42,595 bases of DNA, taken from Oculatellaceae cyanobacterium bins.114 (GTDB taxonomy: Bacteria; Cyanobacteriota; Cyanobacteriia; Elainellales; Elainellaceae). The translations under genes were made by a program, and so were the position numbers. How positions within the stretch are numbered: position 1 is the stretch's first letter; each line of letters begins with the position of its first letter. Shown one piece after another: positions 28,667 to 39,383 of this stretch. The stretch is taken from NCBI GenBank assembly GCA_033764315.1, contig JANRJA010000231.1, positions 1 to 42,595 of the forward strand. Direction: 5' to 3'. The notes beneath the pieces were generated by a model that did no database searches, was not told the origin of the DNA, and was given only the letters and a program-made list of their open reading frames with translations.

Positions 28667-29908
28667 ATGACGGATTGGCAAGAGGTTTCGGGAGGGGTGA
28701 CAGCACCAAAAGGGTATCGAGCAGCAGGTATTGCCGCTGGTTTGAAGCCTTCAGGAGCACCGGATTTAGCGTTAATTGTGTCGGACGTAGAGGCGATCGC
28801 GGCGGGTGTTTTTACCACAACTCAGGTGAGAGCCGCCTGTGTCGATTATTGTCGGCAACGCTTACAAGCCAAAGGCAGTGCTCAAGCGATTCTCTGTAAC
28901 GCAGGGCAAGCCAATGCTGCTACAGGTGCTCAGGGGTGGGCAGATGCGCTTGAGTGTGCTCAAGTTTTAGCAGAGGCATTGGGCATTGCGGCTGACTCTG
29001 TTTTGGTGGCTTCAACCGGAGTGATTGGACATCGGATCAAAATGGATGCTTTAAAGGCAGGCATTCCAAAGCTGGTCGCGGCGGCGAATGACCAGGGTTC
29101 AGATCAAGCGGCTAAAGCGATTATCACCACTGACTTAATTACCAAAAGCATTGCCCTAGAAACGACTATTGATGGTCGCCCCGTCCGCATTGGTGGTATC
29201 AGCAAAGGCTCTGGCATGATTCACCCCAACATGGCAACGATGTTAGGGTTTGTCACCTGTGATGCGGCGATCTCACCTCCCCTTTGGCAAGACATGGTGA
29301 GACGGGCAGCAGACAAGAGCTTTAACCAGATCACAGTCGATGGAGATACCAGTACCAACGACACCCTATTAGCACTCGCCAATGGGCAATCGCGGACTCC
29401 AGCGATTATGGAACCCGGAGCCGAAGCTGATAAGTTAGAAGCCATGCTGACGGAGGTGTGTATGCACCTAGCCAAGGCGATCGCCCGTGATGGTGAAGGC
29501 GCAACTTGTCTGATTGAGGTGCGCGTTTCTGGTGCGACAGACGATGCTTCAGCGCGTCAAGTAGCCCGCACGATCGCCGGATCTGCTTTGTTTAAATCAG
29601 CCGTGTTTGGGCGTGACCCAAACTGGGGGCGCATTGCTGCTGCCGCAGGTCGGGCTGGAGTTCCGTTTGAGCAAAATGAGCTGCGAATCCAACTGGGAGA
29701 CTTTGTATTGATGGAGCATGGTCAACCTCTCGCATTCGATCGACCTGCCGCCAGTGCCTATCTCAAGCAAGCCTCTCAAGGGGAATATCTGAAGACTGAC
29801 ACAGTTTTGGTATCCGTCTGCTTGGGGCATGGTCCTGGTTCTGGGATCGCCTGGGGCTGTGACCTCAGCTATGACTACGTCAAAATTAACGCAGAATACA
29901 CCACCTGA
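28667..29908 (+). CDS. argJ: Bifunctional ornithine acetyltransferase / N-acetylglutamate synthase
   Basis: STGVIG, KGSGMIHPNMATML, VDGDTSTND, IARDGEGAT, DPNWGRI, CDLSYDYVKINAEYTT. Confidence 0.98.
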   Translation: MTDWQEVSGGVTAPKGYRAAGIAAGLKPSGAPDLALIVSDVEAIAAGVFTTTQVRAACVDYCRQRLQAKGSAQAILCNAGQANAATGAQGWADALECAQVLAEALGIAADSVLVASTGVIGHRIKMDALKAGIPKLVAAANDQGSDQAAKAIITTDLITKSIALETTIDGRPVRIGGISKGSGMIHPNMATMLGFVTCDAAISPPLWQDMVRRAADKSFNQITVDGDTSTNDTLLALANGQSRTPAIMEPGAEADKLEAMLTEVCMHLAKAIARDGEGATCLIEVRVSGATDDASARQVARTIAGSALFKSAVFGRDPNWGRIAAAAGRAGVPFEQNELRIQLGDFVLMEHGQPLAFDRPAASAYLKQASQGEYLKTDTVLVSVCLGHGPGSGIAWGCDLSYDYVKINAEYTT

Positions 29909-29943
29909 TTGGCAACCCAGAATAACAAGATTGGGTGATGTAA

Positions 29944-30032
29944 GAGAAAAATGAAGAGAGAAGAATGAAGAAGAATCATTAGCTGTCACTGGTTAATCTT
30001 TAGCCGTTAACTGTTCTTTTTTCATTCTTTTT
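29944..30032. repeat. Purine-rich / pyrimidine-rich low-complexity inverted tract
   Basis: GAGAAAAATGAAGAGAGAAGAATGAAGAAGAA ... TTCTTTTTTCATTCTTTTT. Confidence 0.5.
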
Positions 30033-30098
30033 GTCATTACTTTGTGCTTGACCCTTCTTACCAATCCCTACTTCCTACTCTCCATTCCCCTGCGACTT

Positions 30099-30968
30099 AT
30101 GGATCTACAGACGATTGCTAAAGGACAAACGATTTACCCAATCAGTGCCATCCGCAACGATCGCGCTTTGATTCAATCTGTTCAAATGGCATTAAATCAA
30201 CTGGGATTCACCGTCGGTAGAGTCGATGGAACGTGGAATCAAGCAACAGACACCGCCTTTCAAGCCTTTGCACAACGGTATGGCTTTAAGCCTGGGGAGA
30301 TCTCTCCGCGAGTAGCACGGTTTATTGTCAGTTCAGTGGGGGTGCCAACCCCTGTGCCAACTCCCGCTCCGGCTCCTCGACCCACTCCTGTCCCTGTACC
30401 AACCCCGGTTCCGACACCTCGACCCAGCCCAACCCCTCAACCGACTAGCGATATCTTTGGTGAGGCATTGCGATTTTCATTGCGCTGGGAAGGGGGCTAT
30501 GTTAACCATCCCAATGACATTGGGGGCGAAACGAACAAGGGAGTTACCGCCTCTACATATGCCAGTTATCGTCGCAATAAAGGTTTGCCATCTCAGAGCG
30601 TGCGGTACATCACAGATGCAGAAGTCTATGAAATTTATCGAGAGATGTATTGGCGACCGGCAAACTGTGATCTCAAAACACGAGCACTCGCGATCGTGCA
30701 TTTTGACACGGCTGTCAACTTTGGGGTCAGAGGAGCCACTATGTTTTTGCAGGAAGTGTTAAATCTAACTGTAGATGGAAGCTATGGCCCAATGACACGA
30801 GATGCTTTGAGCCGAGCCAACACAACAGCAACAGCCCGACGATATTGTCAGGCTCGAATCGACTATCGCTATCGCCGGGTGAGCCAAGACAGCAGCCAAG
30901 GAGTCTTCTTAAATGGTTGGCTCAATCGCGATAATGACTTGCTGCGTTATATCTCTACGATTCCATAA
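30099..30968 (+). CDS. Glycoside hydrolase family 108 muramidase with N-terminal peptidoglycan-binding-like domain and Pro/Thr linker
   Basis: VQMALNQLGF..VDGTW..T..AFQAF; (PT/PV)n linker; WEGGYVNHPNDIGGETNKGVT, FDTAVNFG, VDGSYGP, FLNGWLNR; ATG 30099. Confidence 0.9.
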   Translation: MDLQTIAKGQTIYPISAIRNDRALIQSVQMALNQLGFTVGRVDGTWNQATDTAFQAFAQRYGFKPGEISPRVARFIVSSVGVPTPVPTPAPAPRPTPVPVPTPVPTPRPSPTPQPTSDIFGEALRFSLRWEGGYVNHPNDIGGETNKGVTASTYASYRRNKGLPSQSVRYITDAEVYEIYREMYWRPANCDLKTRALAIVHFDTAVNFGVRGATMFLQEVLNLTVDGSYGPMTRDALSRANTTATARRYCQARIDYRYRRVSQDSSQGVFLNGWLNRDNDLLRYISTIP

Positions 30969-31006
30969 CAAGAGTTGGGGTGTAGAGCGGTGACAAAGCC
31001 CTTCCT

Positions 31007-31402
31007 CTATGAGGTAACGGCTTGGATGGGGTTGAAATTTAGCGGCTGACAGGCACTTAAACCCAATGTGGGGTCTTGAGTGTAAGACAGTTGTGGAACC
31101 CAGGTTGTGAGGGTGCGATCGCTCGAAATCACGTATAGATACTGAGCATGAGAATTGAAATGTATTCCTACTCTCAAGTTTGAGAAATCATCCTCACAAA
31201 TTTCAAACCCAAATCGCACGATAATTTGAGCCACTAAACACTCTGGAGTATCATCGGTCTCTCCAGAGGCATCCCGTTCTTGCCAAAACTTTTCTAGAAA
31301 CCGATTGAGCGTAGGCAACACTTTTTCAGGGCTACCATTGCGACTTGCATAAACAATCGCAGGATTCCCTTCAACAAGAATATGACATGGAATAGCAGCC
31401 AT
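31007..31402 (-). CDS. Conserved cyanobacterial hypothetical protein
   Basis: 131-aa ORF in an otherwise empty interval, protein-like composition; no function recognised. Confidence 0.7.
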   Translation of the reverse strand: MAAIPCHILVEGNPAIVYASRNGSPEKVLPTLNRFLEKFWQERDASGETDDTPECLVAQIIVRFGFEICEDDFSNLRVGIHFNSHAQYLYVISSDRTLTTWVPQLSYTQDPTLGLSACQPLNFNPIQAVTS

Positions 31403-31463
31403 AGGAATGAGGCACAGCTTAACCTAACGTTAGAAGGATTGACTCCAATTGATCCTCAGCTTA

Positions 31464-32258
31464 TCAGGTTCCTTCAACCGGAATCTCAGATTGGAGACGA
31501 TTTGCCGTCCTCAAAATTTGTCCTGCTAACACCGCTGCCCCAAACCCATTATCAATATTGACAACTCCAATCCCAGCGGCACAGGAGTTGAGCATCGTCA
31601 GGAGGGGGGCCAACCCATTAAAGCTTGCCCCATAGCCAACGCTAGTAGGAACAGCAATCACTGGGCAGTCTGCCAAACCTGCAACCACACTGGGCAAGGC
31701 TCCTTCCATGCCAGCGACAACAATCAGCACATCAGCCGTTTGAATTAACTGACGATTGTTTAACAGTCGGTGAATGCCTGCCACACCCACATCCCATAAT
31801 CGCTTGACCCGAAAACCCGACAGCTCAGCTGTGACAGCAGCTTCTTCTGCCACAGCCAGATCGGCAGTCCCGGCTGAGAGCAGTGTGATTGTGCCAGGGT
31901 GCTGAGGAAGCAGATCATCCGGGGCGATCGCACAAATGCGGGCCAAGTCGTAATAGCGCAGATCAGGCACCTGAGCCTGGAGTTGAGTATAGACTTCTGG
32001 AGTGATGCGGGTTGCCATCACCACTGGGTTGCGTTGTCGCATGGCGCCGATGATTTGGACGATCTGATCTGGAGTTTTACCAGGCCCCCAAATGACCTCT
32101 GGAAAACCCGTTCTGAGCGAGCGATGGTGATCGATTTTGGCAAAATCACCCACGGGTTCAAAATCAAAATGTTTCAGCTTTTCTAGAGCCGTATCTGGAC
32201 TAACGTCGCCTTGAGCGACAGCATTCAGGAGGTGATGGAGAGTGTTGGGTTGAGTCAC
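31464..32258 (-). CDS. larB: LarB / CpmA (PurE-like; nickel-pincer cofactor carboxylase family)
   Basis: DHHRSLRTGFPEVI, AGTADL, DVGVAGIHRL, AGMEGALPSVV, PTSVGYG, VVNIDNGFGA; GTG 32258. Confidence 0.93.
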   Translation of the reverse strand: MTQPNTLHHLLNAVAQGDVSPDTALEKLKHFDFEPVGDFAKIDHHRSLRTGFPEVIWGPGKTPDQIVQIIGAMRQRNPVVMATRITPEVYTQLQAQVPDLRYYDLARICAIAPDDLLPQHPGTITLLSAGTADLAVAEEAAVTAELSGFRVKRLWDVGVAGIHRLLNNRQLIQTADVLIVVAGMEGALPSVVAGLADCPVIAVPTSVGYGASFNGLAPLLTMLNSCAAGIGVVNIDNGFGAAVLAGQILRTANRLQSEIPVEGT

Positions 32259-32364
32259 GGAGGAAAAAAGGATAAACAATAAACGATAAGAATGAAGGTT
32301 AAGAGGCTGGATGCGAAGATGGGTGGATGGGTGAGATTTGAGTTTTGATGAGTACTACTTTTTA

Positions 32365-32399
32365 TCCTTTATCCTTTAGCCTTCAGCCTTCAGCCTTCA
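32365..32399 (-). repeat. Heptamer tandem repeat x5 overlapping a stop codon
   Basis: Minus strand TGAAGGC x3, TAAAGGA x2; the second TGA is the stop of the 32390-34174 gene. Confidence 0.9.
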
Positions 32400-34174
32400 T
32401 TCTCTACTCTAATCTCTTCGATGTTCCATAAGCCCCAGGTGGGTAAACCAGAATATTTCAAACCTTGGACGCGATCGCGCACAGCAACCAGGGCAATCTC
32501 GTGAACCAGGTGAATCACAGGCAGTTGCTCTTGAGAAATGCGCTGATAGTCACCGTAAATGGCTCGGCGTTTGCTTTCGTCTAACTCCCGTGCCCCTGCC
32601 TTAAATAATTGGTCAATTTGCCGTTCCCAGTCAGAGACAACCCAATCGGTAATGGGGGGTTGACCCGGTTGAGGGCCGAGGTTAAATAGGTGAAAGCCGC
32701 CACCACTCGTCCACAAGTTGGCTCCAGAGTGAGGTTCAACTCCTCCTGTAAAACCGATGAGAGCACAATCCCAATCGCGGCTATTGACTAGGCGACTAAT
32801 CAAGGTTTGAAAGGCGAGTGGACTAAAGTCAACCTGAACACCAATCTTGCTTAGATCCGTTTTGATTTGTGCCCCAATGGCTTCTCGCAATTCATTGCCA
32901 GCATTGGTGTTAAGGGTAAACTGCACGCGATTACCATTGGCATCCAACAGTTGCCCATTTGCATTGTACTGAAACCCCGCCGAGAGAAGCAGTTGACGTG
33001 CTTTTTCAGGGTCATAGTCATAGGTTTTTAAGCCCTCTTGAGGAGAGAGGTAATAAGGGCTTTGCACCGAAATGGGTGAGTCTTGCGGTTGGCTGATACC
33101 CCGATACAGATTATTGATCATGCGGGGACGATCGATGGCATAGGCGATCGCCTGTCGAAACTCAAGCGTGTTGAACCAGCGAGACTTGATCGGATCTACA
33201 AAAGGTTGACCTTTATCGTTTTTAGCTCGATTCAGATTAAAGCTAATGAAGGTAGTGCCTGACCACGGCCCACCGATTAAAATTTGAAATTTGCCCCGTC
33301 TCTCTTCCCGCTTTAATAACGAAAAGTATTCAGGACGTAGCGGTCGAGCATCCCCCACCACATCTAGATCGCCAGAACGAAACTGCAAGAGTTGGGTATC
33401 AGTTGACTCTGACAGTTGCCAAACAATGCGATCGACATAGGGCAGCGGTTGCCCATAGCTATCTCGCTTCCAGTAATAGGGGTTACGCCGAAAGATAATG
33501 CGTTCGCCGGGGGCATATTGCTCCACTCGATAAGGACCGTTTACTACGAGTTTTTCGGGGTCGGCATCCGTTCCCCAAGTGGAATTAAATAGCGGATTAC
33601 CACTTGAGTCGAGGGTTTTCACCACATCTTGAAGAGCATGTTTGGGCAAAATGCCAATTCCAGTGGCACCTGCCGCCGTCGCTCGCACAATCGGGGCAAA
33701 GGGTTCAGGTAAGACAAACTCAATCTGGCGATCGCCCAGTTGACGCACCTCCGGCAAAACTCCCTTTTCTCCAATTCGATAGCCATCGCGATCATCAATG
33801 GGAATTTTTTCGTTAAAGATCACATCCCGGTAAGTAAACACCACATCTGCGGCGGTGAGAGGCGTTCCATCAGACCATTTCAGCCCTGATCGCAGGGTAA
33901 ACACCAGGCGGCGATCGCCCAAAAATTCCCAAGACTCTGCCAACTCTGGCACCACCTCACCCGTCACCCCATCTTCAGCGGTCAACCCCCGCATCGTGAA
34001 CATGAACACATTGGGAAACTCTTGATTGAGTGCTGGGTTAAACGTCTTAGGGTCTTGCAGCGTGGTTAGTACGAGTTGAGACTGCACTTCTTGACCACTG
34101 ACCACCGACCGACAGCCCATCAGAGCGATCGCCATCACCAACATTAAACCTAACAGCAGCAAGCGTTTTGTCAT
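32390..34174 (-). CDS. ABC transporter substrate-binding lipoprotein, family 5 (peptide/nickel type), paralogue C
   Basis: Lipobox LMGC, DPKTFN, PELAESW, LKWSDG, NGPY, RNPYYW, FRQAIAYAIDR. Confidence 0.95.
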   Translation of the reverse strand: MTKRLLLLGLMLVMAIALMGCRSVVSGQEVQSQLVLTTLQDPKTFNPALNQEFPNVFMFTMRGLTAEDGVTGEVVPELAESWEFLGDRRLVFTLRSGLKWSDGTPLTAADVVFTYRDVIFNEKIPIDDRDGYRIGEKGVLPEVRQLGDRQIEFVLPEPFAPIVRATAAGATGIGILPKHALQDVVKTLDSSGNPLFNSTWGTDADPEKLVVNGPYRVEQYAPGERIIFRRNPYYWKRDSYGQPLPYVDRIVWQLSESTDTQLLQFRSGDLDVVGDARPLRPEYFSLLKREERRGKFQILIGGPWSGTTFISFNLNRAKNDKGQPFVDPIKSRWFNTLEFRQAIAYAIDRPRMINNLYRGISQPQDSPISVQSPYYLSPQEGLKTYDYDPEKARQLLLSAGFQYNANGQLLDANGNRVQFTLNTNAGNELREAIGAQIKTDLSKIGVQVDFSPLAFQTLISRLVNSRDWDCALIGFTGGVEPHSGANLWTSGGGFHLFNLGPQPGQPPITDWVVSDWERQIDQLFKAGARELDESKRRAIYGDYQRISQEQLPVIHLVHEIALVAVRDRVQGLKYSGLPTWGLWNIEEIRVENEG

Positions 34175-34354
34175 TAGATAACGGAGTCAATGGTTGATAG
34201 TCAGTGGCAGGGGGATGCGACGACAAAATGACGGGTGGAGAGGGCGATGACCAAAAGCAACACTCACCTGTCCACCTTTTCACTCCTACGCTCTCCCTCT
34301 ATTTATTCTTCATCCTTGATTCTTTCTCTTCCCTCGTCTTTTTTCTGTCTTCCT

Positions 34355-36127
34355 TTATCCTTCTTCTTCCACCAGCTTCAGCTCATACAGATTCCAGATA
34401 GGCCCACCCGCCGCTGAGAACTTAATACCTTGAATTTTATTGCGAACAGCGACTAACGAGAGTGGATTTACCAGGTAGATAAAGGGCAATTGTTGTTGAG
34501 CGATGCGTTGTGCTTCATCATAAAATTCTTTGCGTTTGGCTTCCTCAAACTCCTGACCCGCTTGAACGTAGAGGCGATAAATCTCTCGTTCCCAGTCTTC
34601 TATAACACGCCCTTCGATCGGGGCTTGACCCTGACCGGGTGCCTGGTTAAACATATGCAACCGTCCTTCAGGCGACCAAGTGTTTCGACCCCCATCTGGC
34701 TCAAAGGGGGCACCTCCAATTCCCAAGATCATGGCTTCCCAATCGAGTGTGTCGTCAGCCCGACGAATCAAGGTGTTAAAGGCGATCGGCTCAAAGTCAA
34801 CTTGCATGCCCAGTTTGGCTAAATCACGCTTAATCTGCGCTCCCAGAGCGGCTCGTGTTGGATTCTCAGCATTGGTAATCAGGGTAAATCGTACCCGATT
34901 GCCCTCGGCGTCGGTGAGTTGCCCCGCAGAGTCAGTTTCAAAGCCTGCCTCCGTCAGCAGTTGCTTGGCTTTTTCTACATCATAGTCGTAGACTGGCAAG
35001 CCCTCCTCTGGCGAGAGATAAAACGGGCTTTGCAGATACATTTGAGAGTTTTGAGGAACGCCCAAGCCCTGATAGATGTTGTTGATCATCGTTTGACGGT
35101 CAATGGCATGGGCGATCGCTTGGCGAAACTTTAACGTGTTGAACCAGCGCGATTTAATCGGATCAACCAGGGGTTTACCATTGCGGGTCGCCCGATTGAG
35201 ATTAAAGGTGATAAAGGAAGTGCTCAACGCCGGTCCGCCGTTGTAGATTGTGAAATTGCCTCGCTCTTCTTCTCGCTTTAAGAGAGCAAAATAATCTGGC
35301 GTAATGCTTTCTACATCTAAGCCACCTGAGCGAAACTGAGTCAGTGATGCTTCATTTTCTTGAATAATCTGAATCACGACTTGCTCAATATAAGGCTGAG
35401 GGTTACCCGCTGCATCGCGTCGCCAGTAATAGGGGTTGCGATCCAAAACAATGCGTTGACTCGGCAGATAGCTAACGATGCGATAGGGGCCGTTGCCCAC
35501 TACCTGATCGGGAGGAGTGTCAGTTCCTAAAGCCGCCAGAAAGCGGGGATTTCCCTCAGAGTCAGTTTGGGTGATCGACTCTTGCAGTTTATGTTTTGGC
35601 AAAATCTCAGTGCCACCCGCAAAGCGTAAGAGTGGCGCAAAGGGTTCAGGCGATCGCACTTCTAGGCGGCGATCGTCGAGTTGGCGGACTTGAGGAAACA
35701 CTCCTGCTTCGCCAACCCGCATAATGTCTTGCACACTACTGGGAAGTTTGTCGTTGAAGATAATGTCGTTGAAGGTAAATAGCACATCCTCCATCGTCAG
35801 AGGTTCCCCATCCGACCACTTCAGCCCTTCCTTTAAGGTAAAGATGATGCTGAGATCATCCTCTGAAATCTCCCAAGATTCAGCAATTCCCGGCTCTAGA
35901 TCGCCTGTTACCCCATTGGTCGTTAGCAACCCTTCGTAGATATAACCCAACACCTCGTTGGCACCCGCATTGGTAACTGGATTAAAGGTCGAGGGATCAC
36001 TCAGCGTACTGACCACCATGCGGGGAGTTTGAGCCGCATTCGTTCTAAATTGGTCGAGGCTGCACCCACTTAGAGCGATCGCAAGCACAACCAGGGAGCC
36101 GAGAAGAAAGCGTCGGAGCAACACCAT
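34355..36127 (-). CDS. ABC transporter substrate-binding lipoprotein, family 5, paralogue B
   Basis: Lipobox LSGC, DPSTFN, AESW, LKWSDG, RNPYYW, FRQAIAHAIDR. Confidence 0.95.
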   Translation of the reverse strand: MVLLRRFLLGSLVVLAIALSGCSLDQFRTNAAQTPRMVVSTLSDPSTFNPVTNAGANEVLGYIYEGLLTTNGVTGDLEPGIAESWEISEDDLSIIFTLKEGLKWSDGEPLTMEDVLFTFNDIIFNDKLPSSVQDIMRVGEAGVFPQVRQLDDRRLEVRSPEPFAPLLRFAGGTEILPKHKLQESITQTDSEGNPRFLAALGTDTPPDQVVGNGPYRIVSYLPSQRIVLDRNPYYWRRDAAGNPQPYIEQVVIQIIQENEASLTQFRSGGLDVESITPDYFALLKREEERGNFTIYNGGPALSTSFITFNLNRATRNGKPLVDPIKSRWFNTLKFRQAIAHAIDRQTMINNIYQGLGVPQNSQMYLQSPFYLSPEEGLPVYDYDVEKAKQLLTEAGFETDSAGQLTDAEGNRVRFTLITNAENPTRAALGAQIKRDLAKLGMQVDFEPIAFNTLIRRADDTLDWEAMILGIGGAPFEPDGGRNTWSPEGRLHMFNQAPGQGQAPIEGRVIEDWEREIYRLYVQAGQEFEEAKRKEFYDEAQRIAQQQLPFIYLVNPLSLVAVRNKIQGIKFSAAGGPIWNLYELKLVEEEG

Positions 36128-36231
36128 AGGAAAAGAAAAGAGGCAAGAAAGAAGAAGGGCTTAAGGATTAAGGATAAACGATCCAAAGGGCACAGGGCAG
36201 AAGGAAGAGGCAGGGAAACCGGAACTTGAAA

Positions 36232-36407
36232 CAGGTGCGAAGCCAACCTATGCTACTTCTCCTACACCTGATATCGAGGGAGTCTGAGGGACGGATTCTG
36301 TCCCTTAGTTGGGGGTTTGGGGGATGATTCCCCCAAGTCTTGGTTCTTAGCAGGAGGTGGAAGAAAGCGTTCCATGAGCTACGCTCACTGTTATCAACTT
36401 TCCACCT
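36232..36407. repeat. Composite array of GC-rich hairpins (REP/MITE-like)
   Basis: CAGGTG..CACCTG; TGAGGGACGG-ATT-CTGTCCCTTA; TTGGGGGATGATTCCCCCAA; AGGTGGAA..TTCCACCT. Confidence 0.6.
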
Positions 36408-36491
36408 AGAGGGCAGAGGGGGAGATGATGAGCAGTTATCTTGCATACTTGTGATTGAGAAAATTTTAGTCAATGTTAAGGTCTACAACTC

Positions 36492-37010
36492 ATGAGCGTT
36501 GATCACATGCTTCTCAGGGTTTCTCCTAATTTTTTGGATATCCCTTCTAATCAGTGGCTAGAAAAATTGACCGCTGAAACAGTCATGACATTGGGTAGCC
36601 AACTAGACGTAATTGAACAGCTTTGTTCAGTTTTAGGATTTGAGCATGATGAGCATGAAGATCAGCTACGGCTCCAGTGTTGGAGGGAGTTTCAATCTCA
36701 AGATTCAATTTCTTCTGATCGCCAACCACCACTCATGGCAACAATTTGCTATAGATATCACCAACATGACGATAACGGCAGAGTGATTATGTACAACCTT
36801 TTAAGTGATCCAGTAGATTGTATTTCGATAAACCGAGCCTATCCTGAAGATTTTCTACCTGTTGTTGATGTGTTTAGCGATCTTGCACCGTTCCTGATTT
36901 TTGACCCAACCGATGGTAGCTTCACTAATCCTGAAAAGCTTTTTTACTCCTTAGATGACTGGCTACAGAAAAACTATGAAGAGGATGTGTGGTCATTCCA
37001 ATACAAATGA
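36492..37010 (+). CDS. Hypothetical acidic protein
   Basis: 172-aa ATG ORF, Asp/Glu-rich, no recognised motif. Confidence 0.7.
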   Translation: MSVDHMLLRVSPNFLDIPSNQWLEKLTAETVMTLGSQLDVIEQLCSVLGFEHDEHEDQLRLQCWREFQSQDSISSDRQPPLMATICYRYHQHDDNGRVIMYNLLSDPVDCISINRAYPEDFLPVVDVFSDLAPFLIFDPTDGSFTNPEKLFYSLDDWLQKNYEEDVWSFQYK

Positions 37011-37060
37011 CTTGAGTAGTTGAGCTACCTCAAATCTCGATTAAGACAGCACCAAAGTAA

Positions 37061-37586
<526 letters not shown>

Positions 37587-37610
37587 AAGTTTCCAATCAT
37601 CCACCCTATT

Positions 37611-39383
37611 TCACTCTTCTTCTAGCTCAAGCTCGTGGATATTCCATAGGGGGCCATTAAGAGCAGAGAATTTGATGGGTTGCAGGCGATCGCGCACAGC
37701 CGCCAGAGAGAGGGGGTTAACGAGGTAAATAAAGGGCAAGTTCTCTTGGGTGATGCGCTGACTCTCAGCATAAATCTCTCGACGCCGAGCTTCATCTAAT
37801 GTTTTAGCCCCCTCAATATAGAGTTGGGCAATGCGCTGTTCCCAATCTGAGATGATGCGTCCCTCAATTGGAGGCTGTCCGGCTTGAGCGGCCTGATTAA
37901 AGCGGTGCGATCGCCCATTGGGGAGCCAAACATTTGCTCCTGAATTCGGCTCAATCCCTCCGGTCAGTCCTAGCAAATAACATTCCCAATCCAGGGCATT
38001 GCTCAGCCGATTGAGCAGTGTGTTAAAGGCGAGTGGCTCAAAATCAACCTGAATACCAATTTTGGCTAAATCTTGCTTGATCTGTGCCCCCATCGCCTCA
38101 CGAGCTTTATTTCCGGCATTTGTAATCAGCGTAAATCGGACTAGATTGTCATCAGTATCTAGCAGTTGCCCAGTCGCGTTATAGCGAAACCCACCCTTTT
38201 GCAAGAGTTGGCGCGATCGCTCTAAGTCATAGTCATAGACAGGCAAGCCTTGCTCAGGCGAAAAATAATAGGGACTTTGCACCGAAATGGGTGAGTCTTG
38301 CAGTTGCGCTAATCCCTGAAAGGTGTTGTTGACCATGCGCTGACGATCGATGGCATGGGCGATCGCCTGACGAAATTCGAGGGTGTTGAACCAACGCGAT
38401 TTGATTGGATCAACCAGAGGCTTGCCGTTGCGGCGACCACGATTGAGGTTAAAGGCGATGAAATTGGTGCCTGCGGCTGGCCCTCCATTATAAATTTTGA
38501 ATTTTCCCCGCTCTTCTTCTCGCTTTAGCAAGGCAAAAGAATCAGGCGCAATGCCCAATACGTCTAATCCACCTGAGCGAAACTGAATCAAAGAGGCATC
38601 GGTAGACTCAACAATCTGCCACACCACTTGCTCAATATAGGGTTGAGGAGTGCCCTGGCGATCGCGTCGCCAGTAATAGGGATTGCGCTGAAACACCACT
38701 CGTTGGCTCGGCTGATAACTGGCGATTGTATAAGGCCCATTGCCAATGATCGCTCTGGGGTCAGTGCTCGTAGACCAGGTCGAGATAAACAGCGGATCTC
38801 CCTGACTATCTTTAGTTTGCACCGACTCCCGCAGAGCATGCGCTGGCAAAATAGCCAGCCCCAGGTTACGCAATAGCGGCGCAAAGGGTTCTGGCACTGA
38901 GAACTCGACCTGGCGATCGCCCACTTGTCTTACCTGCGGCAGAGCACCCCCTTCTCCAATTCGCAGCACATCTCGAATCGAACTAGGAATCGCCTCATTA
39001 AAGTAGAGGTCGTTATAGGTAAAGACAACATCTTCAACCGTCAACGGTTCACCATCTGACCACCGCAACTTGGGTTTTAGGGTGATAACAATCTTTTTGT
39101 TGTCAGGTGAGATTTGCCACGATTCTGCTAGAGCAGGTTGCACCTCACCCGTCACCCCATCTTCAACGATCAAGCCCTCATAGAGATAGCCAAACACATT
39201 GGGAGACTCAGAACTGAGCACATAGTTAAACGTCTTAGGCTCACTGACCACACTTAAGAGCAACCGGGGCACCAGTGCTGCATCCGTTCTCACCATTAGA
39301 GGATTGCAGCCAGTCAGGGCAATCCCCAACCCGACGACAAAAATCCCTATCAGCACTAGCCACTTCACCCAAGATCGTCTCAT
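37611..39383 (-). CDS. ABC transporter substrate-binding lipoprotein, family 5, paralogue A
   Basis: Lipobox LTGC, EPKTFN, PALAESW, LRWSDG, RNPYYW, FRQAIAHAIDR; ATGA overlap with queF. Confidence 0.95.
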   Translation of the reverse strand: MRRSWVKWLVLIGIFVVGLGIALTGCNPLMVRTDAALVPRLLLSVVSEPKTFNYVLSSESPNVFGYLYEGLIVEDGVTGEVQPALAESWQISPDNKKIVITLKPKLRWSDGEPLTVEDVVFTYNDLYFNEAIPSSIRDVLRIGEGGALPQVRQVGDRQVEFSVPEPFAPLLRNLGLAILPAHALRESVQTKDSQGDPLFISTWSTSTDPRAIIGNGPYTIASYQPSQRVVFQRNPYYWRRDRQGTPQPYIEQVVWQIVESTDASLIQFRSGGLDVLGIAPDSFALLKREEERGKFKIYNGGPAAGTNFIAFNLNRGRRNGKPLVDPIKSRWFNTLEFRQAIAHAIDRQRMVNNTFQGLAQLQDSPISVQSPYYFSPEQGLPVYDYDLERSRQLLQKGGFRYNATGQLLDTDDNLVRFTLITNAGNKAREAMGAQIKQDLAKIGIQVDFEPLAFNTLLNRLSNALDWECYLLGLTGGIEPNSGANVWLPNGRSHRFNQAAQAGQPPIEGRIISDWEQRIAQLYIEGAKTLDEARRREIYAESQRITQENLPFIYLVNPLSLAAVRDRLQPIKFSALNGPLWNIHELELEEE

